Source of the DNA: Tubiluchus corallicola
Lineage: Eukaryota; Animalia; Priapulida
Assembly (NCBI GenBank): GCA_030141605.1
Contig: JAQGDQ010000389.1
Span: forward strand, 1-64,000
Direction of reading: 5' to 3'
DNA length: 64,000 nucleotides
The notes beneath the pieces are model-generated. The model saw nothing but the letters and a program-made list of their open reading frames with translations, was not told where the DNA came from and searched no databases. Shown one piece after another: positions 13,483-28,109 of this stretch. Positions within the stretch are counted from its first letter, which is position 1, and each line of letters starts with the position of its first letter. Made by a program: the position numbers and the translations under genes.

Positions 13483-13689
13483 CTGACTGCTGTTGTTGCT
13501 CCGCGGCCGTAGGAGGCGGTCGAATAACCGGCTGTCCGGGAGGCGGTAACTGATAACCTCTAGGAGGTGCACCATACATCTGCTGGGATCGATACTGCTC
13601 TCCGGGGCGAGGCGGCGGTTGTACGGGGTGTGGCATCGGCAGTCCCGACTGTGGAGGGCGATATTGTGACTGGGTGGTTTGTCCTGGAA
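13483..13689 (-). CDS. SEC24: Sec24A/B-like Pro-rich exon (VPGQTTQSQYRPPQSGLPMPHPVQPPP...QQQQS-G)
   Basis: tttcAG acceptor, G|GTATGA donor, 207 nt, phase 1 to 1. Confidence 0.88.
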
Positions 13690-15149
13690 CTGAAACGAGA
13701 GCAAAAGCTAAAGAAGTTGTTGAAAGATGGAAGTTTAAAGTGTTTTTTTATTTTCTACTGTTCAAATGATGTTTTAGCAGATAAAAGTTGAATTTGATCA
13801 CGAATATGCCTGACATGTTCCAGGGTTATTTCTGATCGTGGGTCACGTGTAATTTTGTGATTCAGCTGAAATTCTCATCGGATGTGGTATTGTTTTTGCT
13901 TGTATTTTACCGGATCTGCGCGAGCATTGTTAAAAGTGCTAGCGATGCCAGTGACGTCATGTGAAAACTAAGACGGCTCATTTCTACCTGCACAAAACTT
14001 CGTCAATTTTTAAACAGACTAATTCTCGTTAGCAAACTTTCTAGAGCTAAATTATGGTTCCTTGGTGCACACTTTAGTAAAACATTATGAAATGTTTTCA
14101 GTGAAGACGTACGAATGAAAAAAACACAATTTTCTAATCACTCTAATAAGCTCATTGTCTGTCAGCACCCATTACAGCTCTTTATTATACTCATTATTTG
14201 CATTAAACCAAACTTTCCATTGTGCCAGGCTAGCCTGATCAAGAACAGACTGGAAGAGTTCCACTAAATCATCTGTGAAAAAGGCTTTTGTCAATATATG
14301 TAGCAACATAAACCAAATTCCTTTAGTGGCACAAAGACTTTATTATTGACTGTCTTTTCTGTACACTACGTTGTGACTACTAGAATAAAATTGTAAATGC
14401 TCAAATCAGTTGGAACTGGTTAACCTTGGGTGATGCATATCAGAAACCAGTCAGGTGAGAAAATGATTCACCGTAGTCTAACTGGCTGTAAAGTTGTAAT
14501 GTTGCTAAAGTTTATAAAGTTCATAAACAAACTCGTGAATCAGTTCACGACATCATCGGTAACACAATCTTATGTGGATGAAACCCAACACAGGTGATTA
14601 CACATACTTTTCCAGCATAGGTGAAACACAGGCTCATCTGCTTGCTGAGAAATTTCATGTCATTTTTTCTGCAAAATATTGCTGACATGCCATACATCAA
14701 AAATGCGCTCCATTTTATTGCATTTCTCAGACTTCATAGGATGATGGCCGCTAGGTAACATAACAGCATTTGTGTTTTTTTCTTTCAACTCTTACATAGC
14801 TCTCTCAAAACCAGGTAGTTCCATAGACTTACACTCACCTGTGTCTGACTGTGACCTATGTGTGTGAAAGAAGAAATCAGCACTTTGGCAGCAGACACTA
14901 ACCAAATTATTTTCAACTCTCATTATGTTATTTTTCATAATCTTTCATTTAAAAAGCTGCTACAGACACCTACTAATTTTAAGTCATTCCATTCTTTTTT
15001 CTTTTCTTTTTCATTGGTAAATTATACAATTTTTATGTAACTGTGATTTTAGTATCAGTATACCATATCTTAAAATTTGTCTATGAAAACAACTTTGCAC
15101 ATAGCCTATTATGATTTATGTAGTATTTAACGTGTATTGATTTGCCAAT

Positions 15150-15736
15150 GTACATTGTATGTATTTGTGCAGATAAAACTGAATTGAATTGAATTGAAAT
15201 TGACTTCTCGTACATTGTATGTATTTGTGCAGATAAAACTGAATTGAATTGAATTGAAATTGACTTCTCGTACATTGTATGTATTTATGCAGATAAAACT
15301 GAATTGAATTGAATTGAAATTGACTTCTCGTACATTGTATGTATTTATGCAGATAAAACTGAATTGAAATTGAAATTGATTTCTCGTACATTGTATGTAT
15401 TTGTGCAGATAAAACTGTATTGAATTGAAATTCACTTCTCGTACGTTGTATGTGTTTGTGCAGATAAAACTGAATTGAATTGAATTGAAATTGACTTCTC
15501 GTACATTGTATGTATTTGTGCAGATAAAACTGTATTGAATTGAAATTGAAATTGATTTCTCGTACATTGTATGTATTTGTGCAGATAAAACTGTATTGAA
15601 TTGAAATTCACTTCTCGTACGTTGTATGTATTTGTGCAGATAAAACTGAACTGAATTGAATTGCAATTGACTTCTCGAACATTGTACATATTTGTGCAGA
15701 TAAAACTGAACTGAATTGAATTGAAATTGACTTCTC
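15150..15736. repeat. ~55-60-bp tandem repeat with internal GAATT microsatellite, ~10 copies
   Basis: Direct reading. Confidence 0.92.
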
Positions 15737-16693
15737 AACCTCCTACATGGAAATTATCAAACCTGTACTGTTTTCCATGAGACAAATCGAATCAAATTTT
15801 CAAAGCAAATGCAAAAAGTAGATAAATCCTTGCGAACGACCACATGATTAGTTCAAGTCAGAAAAAACACGTCGCACGTATGTGTGATGTGTTCGTATAT
15901 TGAAAGGCAAAAGAGACTTTGGTAAACATATTTTGTTGCTCGTTTATTGTAAAGCAAGGCAAACTGGCTTAGTTTCTTTATTATACTCATATCTCTACAT
16001 TTTGTAGTGCTTTGAAACTTTGCGTCCACATTCTGTTTAAATTGCTACTTGAAGTGTTAATTTCGTGTAAAAATAGATGCTACTCTGCAAATTTGTGTTT
16101 ATGAAAAAGAGCAATCAGTTTATCTGCTGATGAGACATTAATTGTTGTTTAGTTTAGTTTAGTTTAGTTTAGTTTAGTTTAGTTTAGTTTAGTTTAGTTT
16201 AGACAGTTGTTGTGCTGCGTGAGCTGTTGTCCCAAACATTTTTGTTCACTGACATTCATACGTATACTGCAATGCGTCGGCCAATCATTATTTTTGTAAC
16301 AGAAATCGAAACTGAGAGCCTGCCATAGCAAAATTTTATTTAAACACGAATCGCTGAAAAATATCGGCTCACGGTGATTATTTTTGCAACCTTTCCCATT
16401 TTCCCTGACTTTTCGCGCCAATTTTCATCATTCTCCCAGACTTTTTACCAAATTATTCCCCCCCCCCCCCCGACTTTCCAGGATAGCCTGTATTTTCAAC
16501 GATTTTCCCCATTCGTGGGAAAACTGAATTTCTTAACAGGAGATGTACTTACTTTTTCACTGGACAAAAACAGTCCAAGAAATATGACAGGAATTTTTAT
16601 TTTTGAATTTTGAACACTCAAGTTATCTCGTTGGCAGGACTTACAGCAATAGTGATCTGACTGAATCAGTTTTTGTAGTAGGATATTACTTAC

Positions 16694-17042
16694 CAGTCAT
16701 AGAGGGCGTGTACTGCATTGACCCTGGACCAGTAGATGGAGGTCCAGGAGGAAGTGCGCTACTTTGTCCACCAGGTGGCAGTCCAGGTGGTCTCACTTGT
16801 CCAGGGGGTGGCAAACTTGGTCCACTCGGTGGCCCCGGCTGTGGAACACTAGGAGGTCGTGGTAAATACGAGCCACTAGGCGGCGCTCCTGGCAAGCCCG
16901 AAGCAGTAGTTGGTACAGTTTGACCACTAGGCGGCACTGGCTGATGATAAGAATACGGAGCCGAGGCACCAGGTGGCATTCTAGGCCCTGTGGGAGGAGG
17001 CGGGTATATCCCCTGTCCTTGCTGAGCCAAAGAGGAGGGTGG
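16694..17042 (-). CDS. SEC24: Sec24A/B-like Pro-rich exon (PPSSLAQQGQGIYPPP...YTPSMT-G)
   Basis: ttttccAG acceptor, G|GTAAGT donor, 349 nt, phase 0 to 1. Confidence 0.9.
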
Positions 17043-17977
17043 CTGGAAAAATAAACACAATTCATGAAACAACAATAGAATGAGCAGAAAAAATAAACAA
17101 GATTTTATTTATTTAGCAAACTTATGTTGCAGAGACTTCACGAAAATGAAAATTGCGGTTCTTTGCAAATTGGTTTTTCAAATTACAAAGAAAAAAATGC
17201 GGTTGATTGTGCCTGGATACCTTAAACTTTCACAGTCACCAGCATTGAAGATGTGCCGTATTGCCAAAAAAATCATGCTACATATGGCACAGAAAGTTAA
17301 ACAAACGAACTATTTGAACCAAAATTTTTCAGCGATTTTTAACATCTAGGAGAAAAAACCGTAAGACGGATAAATACTAGTAAAGTCTTTGAAAATTGAA
17401 CACTTGCACACCAATACTTGCAGTTTTGGTTGAGTTGCGTTTTTGCCAAATATTATCGTTTTGTAGGCAAAACTGTTAGTAATTTTCGGTGGCAATTCAA
17501 AGATTTTAGTAGTATTTATCTAGCTTAACATTTTTACCCCATTTTATAATCGATGAAATACAGGCAACAAAATATTTACAAAATGAAATTTGTCAGTTTT
17601 TTTGAAGCTTCATGATCTTCAACTACAAACATAGTTCGAATTTTTGGGTTCGTATTTTTTGCCTAGGTACTTCATCAAGCTTGTATCAGAACAAATAAAA
17701 GCAAATAAGAGAAAACAAAGTATTTATTCAGAATTTTTTATAGTAGATGGTTTTGCAAAAATGATTTCGGTTCGATTTCGTTTAAGGTTTTGGGTTTCCT
17801 ATGTTTCACAAATTTCGGTTTCAGTTTCAGCTTCAGTTTGCAATTTCGGTTTTGGTAACATCCTTGTTATATTGCTGTGATTATAAGAAATTTCCAAAGC
17901 AAGCAGGTTGCAGTAAGTGTAATGAGAAAGCTTAAAATAATGCACCAGAAGAGTATTAACTTAAGCTAACAAGCAGC

Positions 17978-18527
17978 TTGTTGTTGTTGGCACCCTTCTG
18001 TCTCGGAAGACAAAGGAGTGTGCGCCAAGAGAGTCAGTTATTGATCACATTGATGAAGCTGCAGCGTCGACTGTGGCTGAGCAGTCTGATCCTTGAACGT
18101 CTTCAGGGCGCACGCCTGGGCAAGGTGTATGGAGATCCTGAGTTGCCCAGACAACAGGAACCCCCTCTCTTCCTCGCTGGTGTAGTCCAAAGGAAAGCGG
18201 AGCTATATGTTTGGCACCAGGTTGGCTGCAGGAGCTGCCAGAGTCAGTGAGCTTGTTGCACTGGTCCGCCTTCGGGGCTCCACTCCTGATTTGGAAGGTT
18301 TACTCCTCTACACATGGCTGTTGGGTCACTTGACCTCCTCTGCCCTCTAGCCGTTGGCTGCTTGTACAGCTCCTCCGCCTAGTGTCGAGATACAGTGTGG
18401 GCATCCCGCAAGCCTACAGCACCTGGTATTCCTAGGCGGTCACCCATCCAAGCACTAACCAGGCTCTACGTTCCTTAACTTCGGTGATCAGACGAGAACC
18501 GGTGTTTTCAACGTGATTTGGCCGTAA
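17978..18527 (-). mobile_element. 5S rRNA-derived SINE (SINE3 type), longer copy, (CAA)n tail
   Basis: 18410-18527 is a near-complete 5S rRNA sequence on minus, followed by a ~430-bp body shared with 32257-32585; flanking direct repeat TAACAAGCAGC at 17967-17977 and 18525-18535. Confidence 0.85.
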
Positions 18528-19231
18528 CAAGCAGCACTGATTGGTTAAACTCATTTGGTTAATAAACAATGAACAACTCTCTCAGCAGAAATATCCAGCC
18601 AATAATCAATCGACATTTAAAGAACAAGAAAACGCTCTTCGTAAACAAAGTCTAAAAACGTGTGTTGAATTTTTTATCACCTGCCTTATTGCATACATGG
18701 TTTGCAGTAACAGTAACGCTGTATAAAACTTGTAGGTTTAAACTCCTGCAGTGACAGTTTGGCGCAGCCGTTTTGACCGTTGATCGTTTGCAACACGTTT
18801 ATATAACAATGAGTAAAATTTGAAAAATAATCACAGCATTCGTAACACACACGTCACTGACTCAGCAAAAGTATAAATTACTGCATTTTGTCAATAAGAT
18901 TAAAAATAGGTTTTTGGTGAGCCAGTGGTGCACCCTGGGAAGGAGAGCCAGTTGGTGCAAAATATTGTACTTACATAAATCTTTGAAGCAGATAAACATA
19001 ATGTTGAGTGACATAACTTAGTGTGGAAAGATTTTGAGACATATATTATAATTGCCTTTTCTCCTCCATACAAAATGCACCTTATTGCTATACAGCTACA
19101 TAATAAAACTATTAATAAGTATTGCTCGTGCTACGTTTATATTTGACAAAAATACGACAAAATCAATTTACAAAAGGTTTCTGAACACAAACTGATCAAC
19201 CTACTATACATTCATCTGAACAAGAAAATAC

Positions 19232-19404
19232 CTGTACGGTGCTGCCACCTTGAGACGGTCCATTAAAACTTTGGTAATGGGGTGCTGAAGCGTGGTAATT
19301 AGTCTGGGGCGGTAGGGAACCGGGAGGTGGTCCTTGTGTGGGTGCCGGGGGTCGATATCCCAAGCTCGTGGGCGGACCGGCGTAAGTCTGATTTGCTTTA
19401 CCTC
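19232..19404 (-). CDS. SEC24: Sec24A/B-like Pro-rich exon (GGKANQTYAGPPTSLGYRPP...GGSTVQ)
   Basis: tttctAG acceptor, CAG|GTATTT donor, 173 nt, phase 1 to 0. Confidence 0.85.
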
Positions 19405-19599
19405 CTAGAAACAAAAAAGAGACATTTAATTAAGAAAAAAATGTCTTTTAAAAGGAAGAAACAATTTTAATCAGCCATTGGTAAAAATGATTCAAATATT
19501 AGATCATTTTGCTACAAAATTTTTTTTAGTTTGTACCAGAGGGTCAAAAATCGAAAGTCTATTCACAAACATACTGCACTCCATTTTGCAACTACTGCA

Positions 19600-20630
19600 C
19601 AATGGCACGTACAGTATTGGCTTGCATTTACTGCACATCTCCAACATTAAGCACAGCACTGCAATTTGCATTTGCTGCAAACTTCCAACTATAAGCACCG
19701 CACTGCAGTTACTGTAAATGTGCAATTATATGTACAGTACTGCAGTCTATATTTGCAGTAAATTTCCAACCATTTGCACAGCACTGCAGTTACTGTAAAT
19801 GTGCAATTATATGTACAGTACTGCAGTCTATATTTGCAGTAAATTTCCAACCATTTGCACAGCACTGCAGTTACTTGTAAATGTGCAATTATATGTACAG
19901 TACTGCAGGCTGCATTTGCTGCAAATCTCCAATCATAAGCACAGCACTGCAGTTACTGTAAATGTGCAATTATATGTACAGTACTGCAGGCTGCATTTGC
20001 TGCAAATTTCCAACCATAAGCACAGCACTGCAGTTACTGTAAATGTGCAATTATATGTACAGTACTGCAGGCTGCATTTGCTGCAAATCTCCAATCATAA
20101 GCACAGCACTGCAGTTACTGTAAATGTGCAATTATATGTACAGTACTGCAGGCTGCATTTGCTGCAAATTTCCAACCATAAGCACAGCACTGCAGTTACT
20201 GTAAATGTGCAATTATGTGTTCAGTACTGCAGTCTGCATTTGCTGCAAATCTCCAATCATAAGTAAATGTGCAATTACATGTACAGTACTGCAGTCTGTA
20301 TTTACTGCACATCTCCAACCATAAGCACAGCACTGCAGTTACTGTAAATGTGCAATTATATGTACAGTACTGCAGTCTGCATTTGCAGTAAATTTCCAAC
20401 CATTTGCACAGCACTGCAGTTACTTGTAAATGTGCAATTATATGTACAGTACTGCAGTGTGTATTTGCTGCAAATATCAAACTATAAGCACAGCACTGCA
20501 GTTACTGTAAATGTGCAATTATATGTACAGTACTGCAGTCTACATTTGCAACAAATATCCAATCATAAGCATTGCAGTTACTGTAAATGTGCAATTATAT
20601 GTACAGTACTGCAGTCTGTATTTGCTGCAC
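19600..20630. repeat. 81-bp tandem repeat, ~12 copies
   Basis: Unit starts at 19711, 19792 and so on. Confidence 0.93.
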
Positions 20631-21424
20631 ACTTCTATACAATATTCAATCTCAATCAAAAGTGGGAATGTCTTGCTTGAAACGCTTCATTTCCCGATGT
20701 ACACATAGAAAATACCCCATATGACATAATATTATGAATTGCGCCGAAAAATCGACAACAACCTGATGCTTCTGAAAAAGTGTGTGAACAAGTTTGGCAT
20801 AAATATGTGGCAAAGTTAAATCAAAATGTCCCAGATGCATTTACTTTTTGCTGTTGTTAGATTGTTTTTTCCTTCGCTCATTTACTTCATTAATTTTTCA
20901 TTTAATTAATTTTTTACAGCATTAATTAATACAGCCTAAACAACAACATAGTATGCGCTCAGATCAAGTGCTGTTCGGGAACTAATCCCATACTAAAAAT
21001 AGATTGTCTACAGCTTGTTGAAGCACAACTCGACATGCACGACTATAACGTACACATAGTTGCTAAGTACGTAAACAATAAACACACTGCCACATGCATT
21101 AAAGGCCGGTTCACACTGGTAGATCCAACTTCAGTTGTAACGAGGTCATAAACACCGGGTTTAGACGGGAGCCTGTTATCGAGCTTGTAATCGAATGTGT
21201 CGATGGTCTGCGTGTTAACACTCTATACGATATGGGATCATTACGAACTCAAATGGTTGCAGCCGGTATAGAATGTTTGTGTTTACGTAAACTGGAATTC
21301 CTGGGAGTGAGTGGTGGCGTTGATCAAAATAAGATTACTTGAGCCAGCTGAACTAGAACTAAGCAAATATCTTGGAATAGAAGCCTGAGCATATAGAGCA
21401 TGTTATAGATTAGTACTAGGATAA

Positions 21425-22060
21425 GGGTCTTCTTATTATTCTTATTATTATTATCACATTCAGTACAATATAATGACATTAAGCACACAGTGACATCAAA
21501 ATTATTACATCTACTATATTAAATTGTTATGTTTCATACACTATCGTTATCATAAAAGAATAATTGTACTGCAATGGGCTAGAGAAGCAAAGGCTTGTAT
21601 AAGCCCACTGTCATGTGAACCCGATAAAAAAAGAATGGATGAGTGAACAAAAAAAGAACTGGGAGAAAGGTTAGATCACACAGGAAGGGTAGCAGGATGT
21701 GTTAGTGGAAATGGTAGGAAGAAAGATAATAGATTGCGCTATGTTGACATCAGCTCTAAAGATTTATCAATGATGCCTTGTTTTGCATAATCTGTACCAG
21801 GATTGTGGTATGACTGCTGCAGTAGGTGTGGGAAATTAGGAAGTGTTGTACTTGTTGAGAATCATTGCTCTGTATTTCTTTTTAAATTTTTGAATTTTTG
21901 AATTTCGTGTGCACTGATGCAGTGTATTAAGAAATATTTCCTGTACACACCAAACAACATTGTACACGGATTGTCCTCCGTGTTTCAAAATAAAGTAATA
22001 CCAATCAATGTATTTAATTTAGACAATGAGTCTTTAATTTTTTTTCTAATAAATGCTAGT
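21425..22060 (-). mobile_element. 3' end of a LINE-like retroelement; shorter copy at about 5245-5596
   Basis: ~350 bp nearly identical between the two sites; minus strand ends an ORF in FKKKYRAMILNKYNTS* followed by a 3' UTR and AAT-rich tail. Confidence 0.55.
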
Positions 22061-25000
22061 CATTCATTAAACTATGATTAAATGAATAATTAAATCATAG
22101 TTTAATGAATTATTAACTCATCATTAATAACTCACTTTTTGGAGCAAAAATTCATCAATATTTTTTTCAGTCACTCTAGTCACATTTTGTTATGCATTGT
22201 TTCTAAAAGAATCTTGTAGAATTTAATTTGTATCTTGTCTGAGGTCTTTACGCCGGCTTTGCTGTTGACCAAAGGTCACATTATATGTGAAAATAACAAA
22301 TAAAAATGTTTATAACATTGAATGGAACTTTGGCTTATCATTTTTTGTACATCGTGATTGTAATTTGTACTTTCTGTAATTTTTTCATGTGAGTAATTTA
22401 TTTTAAAGTGTTGTATGAAAATTTAGTGTACAGGTAAACTAAAATGAATTCAGTGGAAGTAGACATTCTTAATAAACTTCTTTTTCATTATTGATTAATT
22501 CTTCTTCTTTCTTCTTCTCAATTCTTAATATAAATGAATTTTTACTGTAAGAATAAAGAAAATACAACGTAATACAAGTCTACTCTCATTATTGTGATGT
22601 TCTTGTAGGTGGAGGCAGTGATTTTGTCAGTATACAAACAATGTATGTGCCATCTGGTGTCAAGATGAGCACACATTAAATACTGGTGCACCCTTGAACA
22701 ACGTGCAATTATTTTGTTTCTTAAAGTACAGTGCAATGTAGTGTACCTAAAGTATAGTACATCGCATTTTGTTGTAATGTGACAATACGCAAAAGTAAGT
22801 CACGAGTTCAAGCCTGACAAATTACTATCTTTTCGTGTGTGAAAGGGAACCAACCACCCTTCCTTTTACTACCTCCCTCACGGATAAGCCTCAATTCTTA
22901 ACCACTTAGTGCAACATTATCATGCAGTCATTGACTCGGATCATCATGACGGAAAAACGCCACCACGCGGGGCATAAACGAGTAAGAATCACAAGAATTC
23001 GCCCCATAAACAAACAAAATTTACCACTGACACAACGGCAATGGTTGCCGTGCACGGAGAAAAATACGAAATGTTTGTAAACATGCCGGCCACGCCAACT
23101 GCAGCAGCCGTAATACAAAATATAAACACCAGGTGTCAGCAGTTAGGCTACTTGAATTAATGCCTAACTGCAGCAGTAGCCACAGGCAGACAAGTAATGT
23201 GTGATTATAACGCTAACTAATTGACTTTGCTACATTGATTAAGAATGGTTGAACAAATAAAATAAAACAAGTTTTAAAAACAACACATGCTGTACAAAAG
23301 ACAAAGAAAATCACAAATCAATAAAAAAGACAAATGCTGCGAGAATATAACAAAATAAAAAACACGGCAAAAAGCTTGAAATTTTAACTTTGAAGCACAA
23401 GAAGACCCTTCACTTTACAGAAAGCTTAACAATTTCGTCTTGAAATTTTAAATCACCTAAAATGATGCCCTATTGCATATGGAGCTTGCGTTAACAGTAA
23501 CACTGTATAAATTTTTTTTAAGTTCAAACTCCTGCGGTGACAGTCAAGTGCAACAGTTTTGACCATTGGTCGTTTGCAACAAGTTCATATAACATTGCTT
23601 AAGTTTGAAAAAATAATCGGAGCATTCGTAACACACCAAGTAAAATTTTACATTACCGTATATTGTTAATAAGATTGAAAATATGTTTTTTGGTGTGTCG
23701 GCGGTGCACACTGAGATGGTAAGCCAGTAACATTTTACCAGCTGGTGCAAATATTTGAACTTTTTTTTCTAGTTACATAAGTCTGTCAAGCAGGCTAAGT
23801 GTAATACTAAGTAATATAACTTTGCATGGAAAGTTTTTTGGCACATACATTAAAATTCGCGTTTCTTCTCCTTTAAACAACAAAACAGTTTGAGTGACAA
23901 AATTTTACACATTTTTTGAAAATTTACTGCATTTCAATATATTTTATTTATAAAATTTCATCAAAAAACACAAGGAAAATACACACACGACTGTCATTAC
24001 AGTGCATTTGTTGCCACGGTAGCAAAAACAGTGTAACACGTGGGTAAAGCAAAGCCGTCTGCTGAATCGGTTCAGTAATTTCGGTTGTTTTACAAACACT
24101 TTACCTAATTATGCATAGGTCAGTGCATAGAGTGATTTACTGGCAGATCTTGCTTAGGAAAAAGAAAAAATGAACTAGGTAAAATTAAGGTTCTAAAACT
24201 GTTGCTATTACAATCGCATGGGCTGGGAGGAATTGTTAGGTGTAGACAAATGTGTCGTCTGGTGCACTTAACCTTTGACCTTCTTGTAATCCTCACCGAT
24301 CGCTGGAAGTGTGAAAAGGCTTAATGAACTGAATGCATTTCATTTTCTGTCCATTCCACAAACAGCAAATACCCATTAATAGTTAGGAGGCCAGACACAT
24401 AAACTTTGGCAAAAGTGGAATTTCTCTCTTATTTACCTTTTTTCAAGCTTTCCCGCTTACTAGGTCGTAGCGGATTTCCGCAGCCATCTTTACCCTGTCT
24501 ATGGTTGCACCACCTGGTGAACATCACCGCAAACAGCATGTTGACGCACGCGTGTTCCCGGCCGCCGACAAATGTCATGCAATCTTACACGCCACTCGCA
24601 AATTTGTGGAATGATCCGGCTCGGCTTCCAGACGCGGATATTGGCAAGAACCTCATTTACAACTTGTAACACGTCCAGCACAAACACAGTCCCGGAAAAA
24701 TCCCAGCTTTACAAGAATAACCAGTTTAAGAAGCATTCGATCCGTCAATGCACATTGTAGATGGCAGCTGTTTATCGTTTAGTCGCTCCTGTTTTTTCCC
24801 CAAAGCTGTATTATTATTATTGTATTCGAATGTCTTGATTTTACAAATTGATAACATAACATTTACAAACAGATCAGGGATTTAATACGACAGAATAAAT
24901 GCCGACAAATGAGTAAGAATTAACGAAGTTACGCCACAACAACAAACAACAACAGAAGACAAACAAAAAAGAGAAAAAAATTCATATTCTCCAAGCTTCA

Positions 25001-25692
25001 CTGCCCCGGACGGCTGGAAACATACATGCAAGCACTGTACAGGCTGTTTCAAAAAGAAAACGCGAAACAACACACCTATAAATCGTTTAAAACGTACAAA
25101 ACCGTTTAAGCACCACGTTCATAAAGCATAAGTAAAGCTTGAAAAATTCGTCTTGAAATTTCATATCATTTATGTGTTGTCATACTGCATAGAGAGCTAG
25201 CATTGGCAGTAACGGTGTGTAAAACTTCCGCGATGGCCGTTTAAACTGTAAGTAGTTTGAAACAAGTTCAGACAACATCGTGAAATTATTTGAAAAAATA
25301 TTCAGAGCATTCGTAGCACACTCTTTGCTAACTAAACAAAAGTATAGATTACTTTGTTTTGTCCATAAAATCAATAATGTGCTTGTGAACCAGTGGTGCA
25401 CGCTGGGATGGCAATGGAGTTTTATCAGGTGGCGCGAATATTTGAAATTATGAAAAATGGTCAATTCCAATCACACAAATTTTTCAAACTGGAAAATTTG
25501 TTTGTTAGATAAATTAAATAATGCTAAATAATATATTAAATATTAAATGTTATGTTAAATAATATAACAATGTACGAAAACTTCTCCGAGATACTTTGAA
25601 ATTCCCCTTTCTTTCACTTTAAGTTCTTTGAACTGTTACAGCACTGTTTAGAAAAATATAGTTCTAGAAGTCTGGTATCACTGTTACACTGA

Positions 25693-25995
25693 AGCATTAT
25701 GACCTTGTCATGATTTCCGCTGATCAAAAGTGCACCATTTTTCCTATATTTGAACAAAAGCAGTAAAACAATTAAGAGCCACAAGTGCTGGTGAGCATTA
25801 TGACCTTGTCATGATTTCCGCTGATCAAAAGTGCACCATTTTTCCTATATTTGAACAAGAGCAGTAAAACAATTAAGAGCCACAAGTGCTGGTGAGCATT
25901 ATGACCTTGTCATGATTTCCGCTGATCAAAAGTGCACCATTTTTCCTATATTTGAACAAAAGCAGTACAACAATTAAGAGCCACAAGTGCTGGTG
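25693..25995. repeat. 101-bp tandem repeat, 3 copies
   Basis: Direct reading. Confidence 0.92.
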
Positions 25996-26302
25996 AACTT
26001 GTTTCATCGAACTAATTTTCCAAAACAACAACAACAAAAATAAACATTGGTTAGATAAGCGCAAAAGGCTGCAGAAATATATTTGAACTTTAGAATCCGA
26101 ACAAAAGACGACAGAAAGAGTGCAACAGAGAGCAACGGTCGCCATTTTGATGCCTATGTGACTGATGGATGGCACGGGGGTTAACGCAAATGCCATTCAC
26201 TGACCACCTAAACAAATGCGGCTCATTAAGACCAGAGCTAAATGAGTGCTGTCTTCTTCCATTGTGTTGTTCAATGTCTCATTCCATGTATTCTAGGCAT
26301 TG

Positions 26303-26610
<308 letters not shown>

Positions 26611-27784
26611 ATCATTTAATGCATTTCTGTTTTGTTTCTTAAATTTGAAACTTACTGTTAATCTGGGCAGCACCAAAACAAAATTTTCTTCTAGGTGATG
26701 TCCAGAGGTGTAGTAGTAGTCTCAATAAAAATTATATATTAATGTTTTTTTTTGTAAAATTTGTGTTAATTTAATGCTTGTCATATAAATTATCATTGTA
26801 TGCTCATGAAAAAAACAAATTCTAAATTCTAAGTTGTATTACGTAAAGCAAAAAAGGTATATTAACATTTATCAGAGTATTCTACCTACTTCTATCTGCA
26901 GCTAACAGTGTAAGTTCTTCTACTCCTAAAGATAGATTTGGTTGAAGTTGTTGAACATCTTTATTTATCTTAGCTATCCAAGTTGTTTTAGGTTTGCCAG
27001 GTGGTTTTTGCAAGGTTTCAAAGCTTCCTTTAAGGCGATTCTTACTTGTACTTCACTGGGTAATCTTAGAAGATGTCCTAGCCATCTTAATTTTCGTATC
27101 TTGGCTTTTCAACTCCAAGAATCTTTTTTTTTCATTCTAGAGTGTAAATCTTCATGTTTGATTACGTATGGCTATCTTATCTTTAAAACTTCCCATAGAA
27201 GACTTATATGAAATGTGTCAATCTGATTTTCTTGACTAATAGTTAAACTTCACGTTTCTCTGTTTGACATAAATATGCTGGTAACGTAAACATTAAATAA
27301 TCGAAGTCTTATGCAAATGTCTGTTAAACTTTCTAAAACTGACTCTTTTAATTTGTGCCATTAACTTCTCAATGAACATCATTGACTAGACAAAGCCTTC
27401 CTTCACCACATGCCCCATCAAGAAGAGGACTCTTACTCACAGTATGGCTTCTTGGGTCACAAACTGGCTTCCGTAGACTAAGTGGGTTGCCATAGACATG
27501 TTTACAAAAATGTCAAAACAAAATTTATCATTCTACAGCCAGGGCTGATTCTGGAGTGATGAGTAAAGCAAGTTTAAATCTGTGTTGGCTACAAGTCTGT
27601 TACTTTACAAACACATTAACCCAACAGCTGTAACTATTTTGAAGTAGGAGAAGTTCTTGAAATTCTCTCCAGGGAAAAGCAACGTAAAAGCAGGAACAAG
27701 AAAGCTTGAATTAATCGCTGGAGGTTCCAGAAATGACAACAGCAGAGCACTCTGGTGTCTAGCAGAATTGAAAACGGAAACAGC

Positions 27785-27999
27785 GCCATCTTGTGGTAAA
27801 AATTAAAGAATTTTTGAAGTCTAGATTCAGCACTTTTTAACCAGAATTGATAACGGAAGCAGAGCCATCTTGTGGTAAAAATTAAAGAGTTTTTGAAGTC
27901 TAGATTCAGCACTTTTTAACCAGAATTGATAACGGAAGCAGAGCCATCTTGTGGTAAAAATTAAAGAGTTTTTGAAGTCTAGATTCAGCACTTTTTAAC
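27785..27999. repeat. 79-bp tandem repeat, ~2.7 copies
   Basis: Direct reading. Confidence 0.9.
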
Positions 28000-28109
28000 A
28001 TGATATGATATGTAAGTCAGAAAAGGCTACAAATAAGTTACTCAAAATTTGAAACGCGATTTTCGAATGTTAATCTATCTATTCATTTCGGGGTCTGAAA
28101 AGTCAGATT

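Noticed and set aside
16148-16202. (TTTAG)n as a telomeric relic
   Set aside because: Not a TTAGGG or TTAGG unit; ordinary pentanucleotide microsatellite
18410-18527. Functional 5S rRNA genes here and at 32139-32256
   Set aside because: No oligo-T terminator; each is fused to a shared body and flanked by TSDs, so they are SINE heads
15081-20708. Repetitive ORFs at about 15.1-15.7 kb and 19.8-20.7 kb
   Set aside because: Translations of intronic minisatellites
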